Positions 26,972 to 36,900 of a stretch of 60,735 nucleotides of DNA are shown here, in pieces. A program made the translations under genes and the position numbers. Within the stretch, counting starts at the first letter, position 1; each line of letters starts with the position of its first letter. The notes beneath the pieces are model-generated. The model did no database searches. It saw only the letters and a program-made list of their open reading frames with translations, and was not told the origin of the DNA. The DNA is from Rhodothermales bacterium (GTDB lineage: Bacteria > Bacteroidota > Rhodothermia > Rhodothermales > JABDKH01): positions 1 to 60,735 of the forward strand of contig JBFIPX010000002.1 in NCBI GenBank assembly GCA_041609895.1, read 5' to 3'.

Positions 26972-27361
26972 ATGAACCGTTACTATTACGCACGAATTAT
27001 TGACGCGGACATGGACACCGTCGACGAACGCGTCCGCTCGGCACTGAAGGAGCAAGGGTTCGGCGTGCTAACAGAGATCGACGTCGCCGCCACGCTAAAG
27101 AAGAAGCTGGACGTCGACTTTCGCCCCTACAAGATTCTCGGAGCATGCAACCCCCATTTCGCTCACAAGGCTTTGCAGGCCGAAGACAAGATCGGCACCA
27201 TGCTGCCCTGCAACGTCATCATGCAAGAGACGGTTGACGGTCACACGGAGGTCGCGGCAGTGGACCCGATCGCCTCCATGCAGGCGGTAGGAAATGATTC
27301 GCTCGGTGAGATTGCGGCGGAGGTGCGGGATCGTCTTCGTCAGGTTGTGGACGACTTGTAG
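26972..27361 (+). CDS. DUF302 domain protein
   Basis: GFGVLTEIDVAATLKKKLDVDFRPYKILGACNPHFAHKAL is the characteristic DUF302 core. Confidence 0.85.
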   Translation: MNRYYYARIIDADMDTVDERVRSALKEQGFGVLTEIDVAATLKKKLDVDFRPYKILGACNPHFAHKALQAEDKIGTMLPCNVIMQETVDGHTEVAAVDPIASMQAVGNDSLGEIAAEVRDRLRQVVDDL

Positions 27362-27417
27362 TGAGCGGCAAATTACCTTTTGGTACGCCCGGTTCCTGCC
27401 CACGATGACCACAGGTC

Positions 27418-28263
27418 GTGATAAGTCCCCCCACGCAGCCGTCGACTGAGGATGTCGCTCGACATTACGACGAGCTCGACGCATTCTACAGAGGCGTTTG
27501 GGGCGAACATTTGCACCATGGATACTGGGTCGACGGCGACGAGACCGTGGAAGAGGCCGTGCGGAATCTTGTCGACCTCGTCGCCAGACGAGGAGCGATC
27601 ACGGAGGAAGAAGTCATATGCGATATTGGCTGCGGCCATGGAGCCACAGCCGCGTATCTGGCCGGGCAGCATCACGTCGATGTGACCGGTATCACCTTGT
27701 CTCCGGCGCAGTGTCGCTACGCGATCGAGAATAGCTCCTCAACACGTTGCCGCTTCGTGGTCGGTGACTGGCTGAGTAATGACTTCAAGTCGGACCACTT
27801 CGACATCGCGTTGGGTATCGAGTGCCTCTCCCACATGGCAGACAAGAGTCGCTTCTTTGAAGAAGCGTTGCGCGTGCTGCTGCCGGAAGGGCGGCTCGTT
27901 CTGTGTATGTGGTTGGCCAGCGAGTCGGCTACTCATTGGCAGATTCGGCACCTTCTCGAGCCGATCTGTCGCGAGGGGAGGTTGCCGTCCATGCCGAGTG
28001 TTCGAGACGTAGTCGGCCTCGCAGAAGCCGGTGGCTTTGTAGATGTCGAAGTTCAGGACCTGTCCTTGAATGTTCGGCGCACGTGGGGCATCTGCGCGAG
28101 GCGCGTTGCAGCCAAGCTGTGCACCGACGCAAGATATCGTCGCTACCTGCTTGATTCGTCGAGCAGTGATCGGGCGTTTTTGAAGTCCATTTTTCGAGTC
28201 ATGGTGGCATACAGAACAGGGGCGATGGAGTACGGACTGCTGGTTGCCAAGAAGCCGGCATGA
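27418..28263 (+). CDS. Class I SAM-dependent methyltransferase
   Basis: GTG start. The sequence HYDELDAFYRGVWGEHLHHGYW plus the SAM-binding motif ICDIGCGHGATAAYLA resembles the tocopherol / sarcosine-dimethylglycine methyltransferase group. Confidence 0.85.
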   Translation: MISPPTQPSTEDVARHYDELDAFYRGVWGEHLHHGYWVDGDETVEEAVRNLVDLVARRGAITEEEVICDIGCGHGATAAYLAGQHHVDVTGITLSPAQCRYAIENSSSTRCRFVVGDWLSNDFKSDHFDIALGIECLSHMADKSRFFEEALRVLLPEGRLVLCMWLASESATHWQIRHLLEPICREGRLPSMPSVRDVVGLAEAGGFVDVEVQDLSLNVRRTWGICARRVAAKLCTDARYRRYLLDSSSSDRAFLKSIFRVMVAYRTGAMEYGLLVAKKPA

Positions 28264-28267
28264 CACG

Positions 28268-28361
28268 TTAGTCGCCATACGCGCATTAGTGGTCATGCCC
28301 GCACTAGTCGTCATTCCCGCGGAAGCGGGTACCCATCGAGTAGTCGTGGCCGCGTAAGCGG
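28268..28361. repeat. 18-bp degenerate tandem repeat (3 units) followed by two short GC hairpins
   Basis: The three units are ttagtcgccatacgcgca, ttagtggtcatgcccgca and ctagtcgtcattcccgcg (28268-28321). The hairpins are cccgc-ggaa-gcggg (28316-28329) and ccgc-gtaa-gcgg (28350-28361). The element lies between convergent genes. Confidence 0.7.
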
Positions 28362-28448
28362 TAATCCACTCACGAGTGAAGGCAACCTCACCCTTCCATG
28401 GGCCGGCTCGGAGGCCGGGACGACGCTTATTAGCTCGGAACCGGAAGA

Positions 28449-28745
28449 TTACCCGCCCGCAATCGCGCCGATCACAAGGAACGGCTCGTCGCCCGCAACC
28501 ACCGCGTCGGGAAGACGGGTCTCCGATGACTCGTGCGACAGATCTTCCTCGCAAGCAAAGTATCGGAGAAATGCGCGACGCTGCAGCGTTGAGTGGTCGC
28601 GAATCGTCCCGCGCAACATCGGATAGCGATCTTCTACAGCAGTGATGACCGAACCGATCGTCACCGGCTCTCGCACATCGACCGTAACCTCCTTACCCAC
28701 GTTTGCGAGCGTACGCAGGTGCTGTGGCAACACAACGCGGATCAT
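28449..28745 (-). CDS. MoaD/ThiS-family ubiquitin-like protein with C-terminal Gly-Gly
   Basis: 98 aa ending ...[14 protein letters not shown], a beta-grasp-like pattern. The start overlaps the upstream gene's stop (ATGA at 28742-28745). Confidence 0.8.
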   Translation of the reverse strand: MIRVVLPQHLRTLANVGKEVTVDVREPVTIGSVITAVEDRYPMLRGTIRDHSTLQRRAFLRYFACEEDLSHESSETRLPDAVVAGDEPFLVIGAIAGG

Positions 28746-29857
28746 GACAGCATCTGCACTTCAACCGAAAGCACTCGCGGCAAATCTCGGACGATCGAGG
28801 TCCAGCTGTCTCCTTCGTCGACGGACGCATACACCTGGCCGCCCGTCGTTCCAAAGTACAGCCCGCACGGATTGTTGGAGTCAACGCACATCGCGTCCCT
28901 GAGAACGTTGACGTAACAGTCACGCTGCGGCAGCCCGTTGGTCAATGCCTCCCAGTCGTTCCCACCGTTACGACTTCGATAAACACGCAGCTTCCCCTCG
29001 GGCGGGTAATGCTCAGAGTCCGATTTGATGGGGATGACGTAAACGGTGTCCGGCTCCTGAGCGTGCACGTCAACGACAAATCCAAAGTCCGACGGCAGGT
29101 TGCCGCTCACCTCGTACCATGAGTCGCCCGCGTCGTCGCTCCGCATTACGTCCCAGTGCTTCTGCATGAACAGTACTTCGGGGCGCGACGGATGCAGGGC
29201 CATTCGGTGAACGCAGTGCCCGATCTCAGCATCTGGATCGGGAATGTACTCCGAGTGCAGTCCCTTCGTGATCGGCTTCCAGGTCTTGCCCCCGTCGTCG
29301 GAACGGAATGAACCGGCCGCTGAGATCGCCACAAAGATCCGGTTCGGATTACTCGGGTCGACAAGTATGGTGTGCAGGCACATCCCGCCTGCTCCGGGCT
29401 GCCAACCCGACGCGGTATCGTGATCGCGCAGACCGTTCAACTCGCCCCATGTCTTCCCACCGTCGGTTGATTTGAACAGAGCGGCGTCCTCGACGCCGGC
29501 GTAGAGGACATCGGGGTCGTCGGCCGAAGGCTCGAGGTGCCAGACTCGCTTGAACTCCCACGGATGCGGCGTGCCGTCGTACCACTGATGCGTCCCCGTC
29601 TCCCCTTGGTAGGCAAACTCGTTCCCCACCTGCTCCCACGTCTTACCGCCGTCGTCGGATCGCTGGATAACCTGGCCGAACCAGTCTGTGTGCTGACCGG
29701 CATAGATGCGATTCGGATCTGCAGGCGAACCCTTCATATGATAAATCTGCCAGCCGCCGAACAGCGGATCGCTCACGTCCCATTCCGTTCGCGACTCGTC
29801 CGATGTGAGGATGAAGGCACCCTTGGCGGTACCGACCAGAACACGTACTGCACTCAT
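28742..29857 (-). CDS. BNR/Asp-box repeat beta-propeller protein (annotated in databases as exo-alpha-sialidase-like)
   Basis: Six Asp-box motifs: SDDGGKTW (twice), [33 protein letters not shown] start it at the ATG at 29857 ([13 protein letters not shown]), with GGAGG 9 nt upstream, rather than at the ORF start 29932. Confidence 0.8.
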   Translation of the reverse strand: MSAVRVLVGTAKGAFILTSDESRTEWDVSDPLFGGWQIYHMKGSPADPNRIYAGQHTDWFGQVIQRSDDGGKTWEQVGNEFAYQGETGTHQWYDGTPHPWEFKRVWHLEPSADDPDVLYAGVEDAALFKSTDGGKTWGELNGLRDHDTASGWQPGAGGMCLHTILVDPSNPNRIFVAISAAGSFRSDDGGKTWKPITKGLHSEYIPDPDAEIGHCVHRMALHPSRPEVLFMQKHWDVMRSDDAGDSWYEVSGNLPSDFGFVVDVHAQEPDTVYVIPIKSDSEHYPPEGKLRVYRSRNGGNDWEALTNGLPQRDCYVNVLRDAMCVDSNNPCGLYFGTTGGQVYASVDEGDSWTSIVRDLPRVLSVEVQMLS

Positions 29858-30271
29858 TTCGATTTGCCTCCGAGGCTGAGGGTGACCTTGTGGCGTTGAT
29901 ACGTCAGGCAAATGTCTTGGCCATTGTTGCAAAAATCTTTACGGGAGTCAAGCCACTCCTCAGATTCCTCCCGCTGCCGCTACTCTACCGGGCCGGAACG
30001 ATATCGCTTGGCCTCCACCCGGCGCCAGCCGTGCCGCCTGCACCCTATCCGCATCGACCCACTGCTAGTGGATGTCGATGTTGCTGGGCTTGCCTTCCCT
30101 ATCGGCACTGCATGCGTCCGCATGGATTTTCGAAGGTCGAGGTGACTGCCATAGTGTCACAGGTTTCGGGTGGTACGTTTTTCGTGTATGCAGGCGTTGG
30201 GTGCCACAATCAACGACTACTGACACAGTTGCTTAAGGCACGATATAGATTTACGGAAATACCTAAGTGAT

Positions 30272-32935
30272 ATGAATCTCCAGAAATTTACCGTAAAGGC
30301 GCAGGAGGCCGTCCAGCGGGCCACCGAGATCGCAGCGTCGAAGAATCATCAGGGTCTCGAGTCGCCGCATCTGATGCGAGCGTTCCTGGAGGACGAGGGC
30401 GGCGTAGTCGACTCGATCTTTCAGCATCTCGGTGCAAGCCGCGAGCTTGTCTCGAGCCGTGTGGACCAAGCCGCGGACAAGCTGCCGGTCGTAACCGGAT
30501 CGAGTGTCTCGGGACAATACTTGGGCGCCGAGATGAAGAAAGTGTTTGACCGCGCGCTCGCGGAGGCACAAGTGCTGAAGGACGAGTACGTCGCCATCGA
30601 GCACCTGCTCATTGCGCTGGCAGAAGCAAAGGACGATGTAGGCGAGGTGCTCCGCTCGGAGGGCGTCACCAAGGAGGCCATCCTACGCGTACTCAAAGAC
30701 GTCCGCGGAAGCCAGACAGTCACCGACCAGCATGCCGAAAGCCGCTACAACGCGCTGCAACGGTACACCCGCGATCTCAACGACCTCGCATCAAAGGGAA
30801 AGATCGACCCAGTGATTGGTCGCGACGAGGAGATCCGGCGGGTCCTGCAGATTCTCTCGCGGCGCACCAAGAACAATCCGGTCCTGGTCGGCGAGCCGGG
30901 CGTTGGTAAAACGGCCATCGCCGAGGGCATCGCGATCCGCATCGTCCAGGGCGACGTGCCCGATGGGCTCAAGGATAAACGCATAGTCGCACTCGACATG
31001 GGCGCGATGATCGCCGGTGCCAAGTACCGCGGCGAGTTCGAGGATCGTCTTAAGGCAGTCGTCAAGGAGATTGTGGAGGCAGAGGGACAGATCATTGTCT
31101 TCATCGACGAGCTGCATACGATCGTCGGCGCAGGCGCCGCAGAGGGAGCGATGGACGCTGCCAACATTCTCAAGCCGGCGCTGGCGCGAGGAGAGCTGCG
31201 AGCGGTCGGCGCGACGACACTCGACGAATACCGCAAGCACTTCGAAAAGGACAAGGCACTCGCGCGGCGCTTCCAGATGGTGCTCGTGACCGAGCCTAGC
31301 GTCGAGGACACGATTTCAATACTTCGCGGTATCAGCGAGAAGTACGAGGTGCACCACGGCGTGCGCATCACCGATGCGGCGATCGTAGCAGCTGCCGAGC
31401 TGAGTCACCGTTACATCGCGGACCGCTTCCTGCCAGACAAGGCAATCGATTTGATTGATGAATCGGCTGCGCGGCTTCGCATCGAGATCGACTCGATGCC
31501 GGAAGACCTCGACCAGCTCGAACGCAACATCAGGCAGCTCGAGATCGAGCGTGAGGCCGTCAAGCGGGACAAAGACAAGGAGAAGCTCGAGAACATCAAC
31601 CGGCAGCTGGCCGACCTGGAGGAGCAGCGCACCGAACTGCGCGCTCGCTGGACGCGCGAGAAGGAGTTGATACAGGACATCCAGAAGGCCAAGGAAGCGA
31701 TCGACGACAAGAAGATCGAGGCCGAAAACCTCGAACGTCAGGGCGACTACGGGAAGGTAGCCGAGATCCGCTACGGACAGATCCCGAAGCTCGAGGAAAC
31801 CGTCACCGAGACGAAACAGAAGCTCGACGAGATCCAGAAGAACGGCGCCCTGCTCAAGGAGGAGATCGACGAGGAGGACATCGCCAATATCGTCTCCCGA
31901 TGGACAGGCATTCCCGTTTCGCGGATGCTCGAGAGTGAGCGCGCAAAGCTGCTGCGGATGGAGGACGAGCTTTCGAAGCGCGTCGTGGGCCAGCCCGACG
32001 CGGTTGCAGCGGTGTCGAACGCAGTACGTCGCGGTCGAGCGGGATTGCAGGAAGAGTCGCGACCCATCGGCTCGTTCATCTTCCTCGGTACGACGGGGGT
32101 AGGAAAGACGGAACTCGGCAAAGCGCTCGCCGAGTTCCTGTTCAACGACGAGCAGGCGATGGTCCGCATCGACATGAGCGAGTACCAGGAGCGCCACACG
32201 GTCAGCCGGCTGGTGGGAGCGCCCCCGGGATACGTCGGATACGAGGAAGGCGGTCAGCTCACCGAAGCCGTGAGGCGCAGGCCTTACTCGGTCGTCCTTC
32301 TGGACGAGATAGAAAAGGCGCACCCGGAAGTTTTCAACATCCTGCTGCAGCTGCTGGACGACGGCCGCTTGACGGACAACCAGGGTCGCACGACCGACTT
32401 CAAGAATACGATCGTCATCATGACCAGCAACCTCGGTTCCGAGGTCATTCGCGATCGCATGGAGGCGCTAGGCGACGAAGTGGATAATCGTGTGCAGGAG
32501 AGCATCAAGAACGAGGTACTCGAGATGCTCAAGAAGCGCCTACGACCCGAGTTCCTGAACCGCATCGACGAGATCGTCATGTTCCGACCGCTCGGTCGCG
32601 AGCAGATTCGTGAGATCGTCGAGATTCAGTTCCGGCACATCGAGTCGCTGGCTCTGAAGAGCCACGGCATCGTCCTCGACCTGACGGACGCCGCCAAGGA
32701 CTGGCTGGCCGAGCAGGGCTTCGACCCGGTGTTCGGCGCGCGGCCGCTGAAGCGCGTCGTTCAGAAGGAAGTCGCGAACAAGCTGGCCGAAGAGATACTT
32801 GGCGGATGGATGCACGACGGATCCGAGGTCCGGGTAGACGTCGCGGATAGTGGGGATGGACTTGTCTTCGAGATAATCGGAGACGAGGAGGAGGCTGGCG
32901 GCGTCACTGCGGCCGGAGAGATGTCGTCCGCGTAG
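30272..32935 (+). CDS. clpB: ATP-dependent chaperone ClpB
   Basis: 887 aa. It has a Clp N-domain, two AAA+ modules ([20 protein letters not shown]) and a long coiled-coil middle domain. Confidence 0.97.
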   Translation: MNLQKFTVKAQEAVQRATEIAASKNHQGLESPHLMRAFLEDEGGVVDSIFQHLGASRELVSSRVDQAADKLPVVTGSSVSGQYLGAEMKKVFDRALAEAQVLKDEYVAIEHLLIALAEAKDDVGEVLRSEGVTKEAILRVLKDVRGSQTVTDQHAESRYNALQRYTRDLNDLASKGKIDPVIGRDEEIRRVLQILSRRTKNNPVLVGEPGVGKTAIAEGIAIRIVQGDVPDGLKDKRIVALDMGAMIAGAKYRGEFEDRLKAVVKEIVEAEGQIIVFIDELHTIVGAGAAEGAMDAANILKPALARGELRAVGATTLDEYRKHFEKDKALARRFQMVLVTEPSVEDTISILRGISEKYEVHHGVRITDAAIVAAAELSHRYIADRFLPDKAIDLIDESAARLRIEIDSMPEDLDQLERNIRQLEIEREAVKRDKDKEKLENINRQLADLEEQRTELRARWTREKELIQDIQKAKEAIDDKKIEAENLERQGDYGKVAEIRYGQIPKLEETVTETKQKLDEIQKNGALLKEEIDEEDIANIVSRWTGIPVSRMLESERAKLLRMEDELSKRVVGQPDAVAAVSNAVRRGRAGLQEESRPIGSFIFLGTTGVGKTELGKALAEFLFNDEQAMVRIDMSEYQERHTVSRLVGAPPGYVGYEEGGQLTEAVRRRPYSVVLLDEIEKAHPEVFNILLQLLDDGRLTDNQGRTTDFKNTIVIMTSNLGSEVIRDRMEALGDEVDNRVQESIKNEVLEMLKKRLRPEFLNRIDEIVMFRPLGREQIREIVEIQFRHIESLALKSHGIVLDLTDAAKDWLAEQGFDPVFGARPLKRVVQKEVANKLAEEILGGWMHDGSEVRVDVADSGDGLVFEIIGDEEEAGGVTAAGEMSSA

Positions 32936-32974
32936 CGAATAGAAAGGCAAGCCGTTTTCGACCCGCCAGTTCCA

Positions 32975-35338
32975 CTACTCCGGAAACCTCATGGCCCGCA
33001 TTATCTGCTTGAATCTCGGAGAGTCCTTCACGCTCGAATAAAAAAGATGGTCTCGCGCCTTCACGAATACGGCGTCTGGCGCTCTTTCGGCGAGCGCTTT
33101 CTCGAGGAATTGGAGCGCAGGCTCATTCTCGCGCAACGCCCCATATACATCCGCAATGGCCACCGGGTCGACGTACTCGGAGTCCGCGCGCGCGTGCATG
33201 CGATCAAGTGCCCGCCGGGCAAGATCGCTCCGACCTGCATACGCGTAAAGGGCTCCCGTCCATGCCTGCACACCAGCACTCCCCCATCCGTCTGATTTCT
33301 CCTCGACAATCGCAGCAAGTTGCAGCGCTCGCTCGCCGTTGCCGGCGATCGATTCGGTCAACCCGCCCTTGACATATCCCCATATCCAGTCCGGGTGTAG
33401 CTTCATGGCCTTATCAAACTGGTTAGCGGCTTCAGCGTACTCGCCGCGAACCATATGGACAATGCCAAGATCGTGCGTCGGTCCAGTTGAAATGGGGTCC
33501 AGCCGTTCCGCCTTCAGCGCCATCTCAAGCGCTTCTTCGTTGCGCTGCATGGCGATCAGAAACGTGGAGTAACGGTTATATGCTCGGGCATTACCTGGAT
33601 TCAGTTCGATGGCCTTGAGATATCCGCGCTCCGCACCCTCCCAATCCCAGTCAAAGTAGAAGCGGATCATCCCCGCGGCATTATGTGCCTCCGACGACGA
33701 CGGGTCAAGTCGCAACGCGTTTGCCATCGCCGTCTTCGCATCGTCGAGAAGTTCTTCGCGGGTCCCTATCGTCAGGTACGCCTGTATCGCCAGCACTTGC
33801 GCCATACCAGACCAAGCCAGCGAGAAGCCCGGTTCGAGATTCGTCGCTGCTCTGAAGTATTCGAGTGCCTCCGAAAGTGTGCCGCGCTGCTCGTTCAGCA
33901 CGAAATTACCCTTCAGATATAGCTCGTAGGCCTCCGAATTTTCGGAGGCATGCCGCTGAACGGCCTGCTGAACGCCGGCGGTCAGTTTGCCACGAAGCGT
34001 CTGGGCAATCGATGTGGCAATCTCGTCCTCCAGATCGAATACCTCACGCGAAGGCCTGCGGTACTTCTCTCCCCACAGCTGCCGGTTTTCGCCGGTGTCG
34101 ACGAGCTCCGCACTAATCGAAAGGTCCTCTCCTCGCCTCTCGAGTCGGCCGAGAAGCACCGTTCGAACGTCGAGCCGCTTGCCAAGCTCAGCCGGATCAT
34201 TGACCAGCTCCTGCACTGCAAAAGAGCTCGCTCGGGAGATCACCTTCAGACCGGGCACCGGTGACAACCTGTTGATCAGACTTTCGGCAATTCCGCTACA
34301 GAGGAAGTCAACGTCCTCGTCACCAGTACCGTTCACAAACCGCATGACAGCAATCGATTGGTCTTCAGACGCGGGCTGACTCATTCTGATGTAGCCAACG
34401 GCTACGATGGCAACAAGCCCAATAACCACGGAAGCAATGATCGCTGCTCTTCCATACCTACTTCGTTCGCGAGACTCCGTGCCGACCACCCCTAGACTGG
34501 CATCTGCCGGATCTGCCTGAATTACTTCCGACGCAAGTGACCCCTCTGCCAGGAGATCAACAATCTCTCCGGCCGAACCCATTCGATTCTCTCGATCCTT
34601 CGACAGACATGTGCTTACAACCTCTCTGAAGGCATCCGGAAGATCCGACCGAAAACGGGAGACAGGAGGAGGATCTTCGTTCAAAATCTTGAAGATCGTC
34701 GCCGCCGCGTACTCCGCTCGGAAGGGTGACTGCCCTGTCGCCAACTCGTAGAAGACGGCTCCAAAGGAGAAGAGATCGGAACGCGCATCCACCTCCTCGC
34801 CGCGCGCCTGCTCAGGCGACATGTAAGCCAGCGTCCCCACGGTCGCCTGCGTTCGCGTCAATCGGTCGGCGCCGGATAGGTGTGCAATTCCGAAGTCGAG
34901 GATCTTGGCATGGCCGTCTTTCGTGACGACGATGTTGTCCGGTTTGATGTCGCGGTGTACGATTCCTGCGTCGTGTGCCGCAGCGAGCCCGCCGGCTATC
35001 TCCCGCGCCAGAGCCACTACGGTCTCTGAAGGAACATCACCAGCGGCCATGAGGTCGCTGAGGCTACGCCCTTCAACGTACTCCATCACGATGAAGTCGC
35101 CTTGGTCGCTCGACTCGATGTAATGGATTCCTACGATGTTCGGATGAGAGAGCCTGGATGCGGCCCTTGCCTCCCGAAGAAAGCGCTCTCGGACGGTCGG
35201 CTTGTCGGTGCCATCCGAGACAAACTTCAGGGCCACATCACGGTCGAGGCGCGTATCATGCGCCCGAAAGACGCTGCCCATACCGCCTTCGCCCAGTTTC
35301 TCAAGGACGTGGTAGTGGAGGATTTGCTGACCAACCAT
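32975..35338 (-). CDS. Ser/Thr protein kinase with one TM segment and an extracytoplasmic TPR region
   Basis: Hanks kinase motifs are present: GEGGMGSVF, VALKF, HRDIKPDN, DFGIA, SPEQ. They are followed by a TM helix (AAIIASVVIGLVAIVAVGYI) and TPR repeats. Confidence 0.9.
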   Translation of the reverse strand: MVGQQILHYHVLEKLGEGGMGSVFRAHDTRLDRDVALKFVSDGTDKPTVRERFLREARAASRLSHPNIVGIHYIESSDQGDFIVMEYVEGRSLSDLMAAGDVPSETVVALAREIAGGLAAAHDAGIVHRDIKPDNIVVTKDGHAKILDFGIAHLSGADRLTRTQATVGTLAYMSPEQARGEEVDARSDLFSFGAVFYELATGQSPFRAEYAAATIFKILNEDPPPVSRFRSDLPDAFREVVSTCLSKDRENRMGSAGEIVDLLAEGSLASEVIQADPADASLGVVGTESRERSRYGRAAIIASVVIGLVAIVAVGYIRMSQPASEDQSIAVMRFVNGTGDEDVDFLCSGIAESLINRLSPVPGLKVISRASSFAVQELVNDPAELGKRLDVRTVLLGRLERRGEDLSISAELVDTGENRQLWGEKYRRPSREVFDLEDEIATSIAQTLRGKLTAGVQQAVQRHASENSEAYELYLKGNFVLNEQRGTLSEALEYFRAATNLEPGFSLAWSGMAQVLAIQAYLTIGTREELLDDAKTAMANALRLDPSSSEAHNAAGMIRFYFDWDWEGAERGYLKAIELNPGNARAYNRYSTFLIAMQRNEEALEMALKAERLDPISTGPTHDLGIVHMVRGEYAEAANQFDKAMKLHPDWIWGYVKGGLTESIAGNGERALQLAAIVEEKSDGWGSAGVQAWTGALYAYAGRSDLARRALDRMHARADSEYVDPVAIADVYGALRENEPALQFLEKALAERAPDAVFVKARDHLFYSSVKDSPRFKQIMRAMRFPE

Positions 35339-35457
35339 GCTGCTGTCCGTCCTTGCGGGACCCGTATCGACCGTTCAGGCATCAAAGAGAAGGCAATGTA
35401 TGAAATTGATGCCGCCATTTTCTCGGCGGCCATGCCACGCTGGAATTAACTCGAAGT

Positions 35458-36900
35458 ATGAAGAGACAGAAGACAGGTTGTAGCGGTTTAGCGGCGGCTA
35501 TTCTCGTCGTTGCGGCGTGCAGCGGCTCCACCGAGTCAACCCGCATGACGCCCTTCCCCGCCGAATGCACTGTCGTTCCACCTCCATCGCGTTTCGTCGA
35601 CACCATAAACGTGGCGCTTGTCGAACGCGTCGACCCCGGTAACGCCTACGACGCAACGAACCCCAGCGAAGAGTTCGTCTTCACGCAGATGTACCAGGGA
35701 CTTACGACCGTGGACTGTACGGGTGAGGTGAAACCCGCCGTCGCTGCGTCGTGGACTACGGACACGACTGCCACACGCTGGACATTCGAACTCGATCAGA
35801 ACGTGCGCTATTGGGATGGCAGTCCTGTTACCGCCTCAGACATCGCGACGCGATTCGCGGCGGCCCCTCCATCCGGTTCGATCGACTCGGTTGTCGCCAG
35901 AACCGTAGGCGAGCTCGACGTGTATTTTCAACTGGCACACCCTGACGAGCCGCCGATAGTGGCGACGCAAATTGTCGCCATGAAGGAGGCGTCTCCATTC
36001 CCACTCGGCTCCGGTCGTCTTGAGTTTGAGAACGTGGAGGTCGACGGCATTGTGAGTCGCTTCGCTCACGTGTTCGAAAGGTCGATGCCCCACACCGTTG
36101 TTCGATTCATTGAGTATCCCGAGAGGGATCTCCGCGACGTTCTGGCCAGCAGCGTCGATCTGCTCGTCACGTCTGATCCCCTGGCCCTCGAGTACGCGGC
36201 GCAGCAGAAGCGATTCATGTTGCGAGCCCTCCCATGGGACCGCACCTACGTGCTACTCTCAAGGTCCCGTTTCGATGATCTCATGGCGGGCCGAAGTCCC
36301 GCGGCGGTAGAAGACCAGTGGCGCGACGCACTCGCGCGTGATGCCGTACGGTCTAGCGCGCGGGCCTCAGAAGCTCGTGGTTGGTGGCAGAATCTCGATG
36401 ACTGCAAGCTGCCGGCGACCATGAAGTCCGACATGGCGTCCACAGATCCGGCACCCACACGGCACGGGCTGGTAGTCTACGACCAGGCCGATCCCGTCTC
36501 TCGAGATCTGGCCGCACGCATCGTGGCGCTGGCGGCGAACGGCGACAGAGTGGACGGCGGGCTCTCTGGCGCGATACCGCGACTGGGCGATGAGCTGGTA
36601 CTTGCCGCTCGGGGTGTCGGAGCTTCGGAGTTGTCGCGGCGTCTCCAGGCGGGAAGCGATTTCCTCTACATTATCGGGTTACCGCGGCAGGCAATCGACC
36701 CTTGCTCCGAAGCGACGACATTACTGAGTCGTGCGCCGTGGATGGCCGGCTTAGGGGATGCATTCCATCGCGCCATGCTGCCGCTCGTAGACACGCGGCG
36801 GCACCTGGTCGTCGACTCGTTACGGGTGGGAGTGCGTATAGACGGTCTGGGAAGACTGATGATGATCCCCTCACACCTGCGAGAAGGCAGCAGACCATGA
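35458..36900 (+). CDS. Family-5 (peptide/nickel type) solute-binding lipoprotein
   Basis: Lipobox VVAACSG. The core MYQGLTTVDCTGEVKPAVAASWTTDTTATRWTFELDQNVRYWDGSPVTASDI fits the SBP_bac_5 signature region. Confidence 0.65.
   Translation: MKRQKTGCSGLAAAILVVAACSGSTESTRMTPFPAECTVVPPPSRFVDTINVALVERVDPGNAYDATNPSEEFVFTQMYQGLTTVDCTGEVKPAVAASWTTDTTATRWTFELDQNVRYWDGSPVTASDIATRFAAAPPSGSIDSVVARTVGELDVYFQLAHPDEPPIVATQIVAMKEASPFPLGSGRLEFENVEVDGIVSRFAHVFERSMPHTVVRFIEYPERDLRDVLASSVDLLVTSDPLALEYAAQQKRFMLRALPWDRTYVLLSRSRFDDLMAGRSPAAVEDQWRDALARDAVRSSARASEARGWWQNLDDCKLPATMKSDMASTDPAPTRHGLVVYDQADPVSRDLAARIVALAANGDRVDGGLSGAIPRLGDELVLAARGVGASELSRRLQAGSDFLYIIGLPRQAIDPCSEATTLLSRAPWMAGLGDAFHRAMLPLVDTRRHLVVDSLRVGVRIDGLGRLMMIPSHLREGSRP

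Noticed and set aside
28268-28321. Tandem repeats at 28268-28321 and 49006-49032 considered as CRISPR arrays.
   Set aside because: The units are only 18 bp and 9 bp, directly abutting with no spacers. No cas genes are present.
27739-28554. 271-aa reverse-strand ORF containing a repeated peptide (SAGMTTSAGMTTNARMATN).
   Set aside because: Its first part is antisense to the methyltransferase gene. The peptide repeat is simply the translation of the 18-bp intergenic tandem repeat.
31316-32323. 335-aa reverse-strand ORF inside clpB.
   Set aside because: It is antisense to an unambiguous ClpB. Its Leu/Val/Asp/Arg-rich translation mirrors the coiled-coil codons.
36702-36896. Upstream extensions of ORFs beyond the likely true starts: histidine kinase from 36702, cusB from 19023, fmt to 50195, permease to 55546, BNR protein to 29932.
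   Set aside because: The extensions overlap the preceding gene or a terminator and lack family-like sequence. Internal ATGs give canonical N-termini (signal peptides, lipoboxes, MGLRIIFMGTPDF) and typical stop/start junctions.
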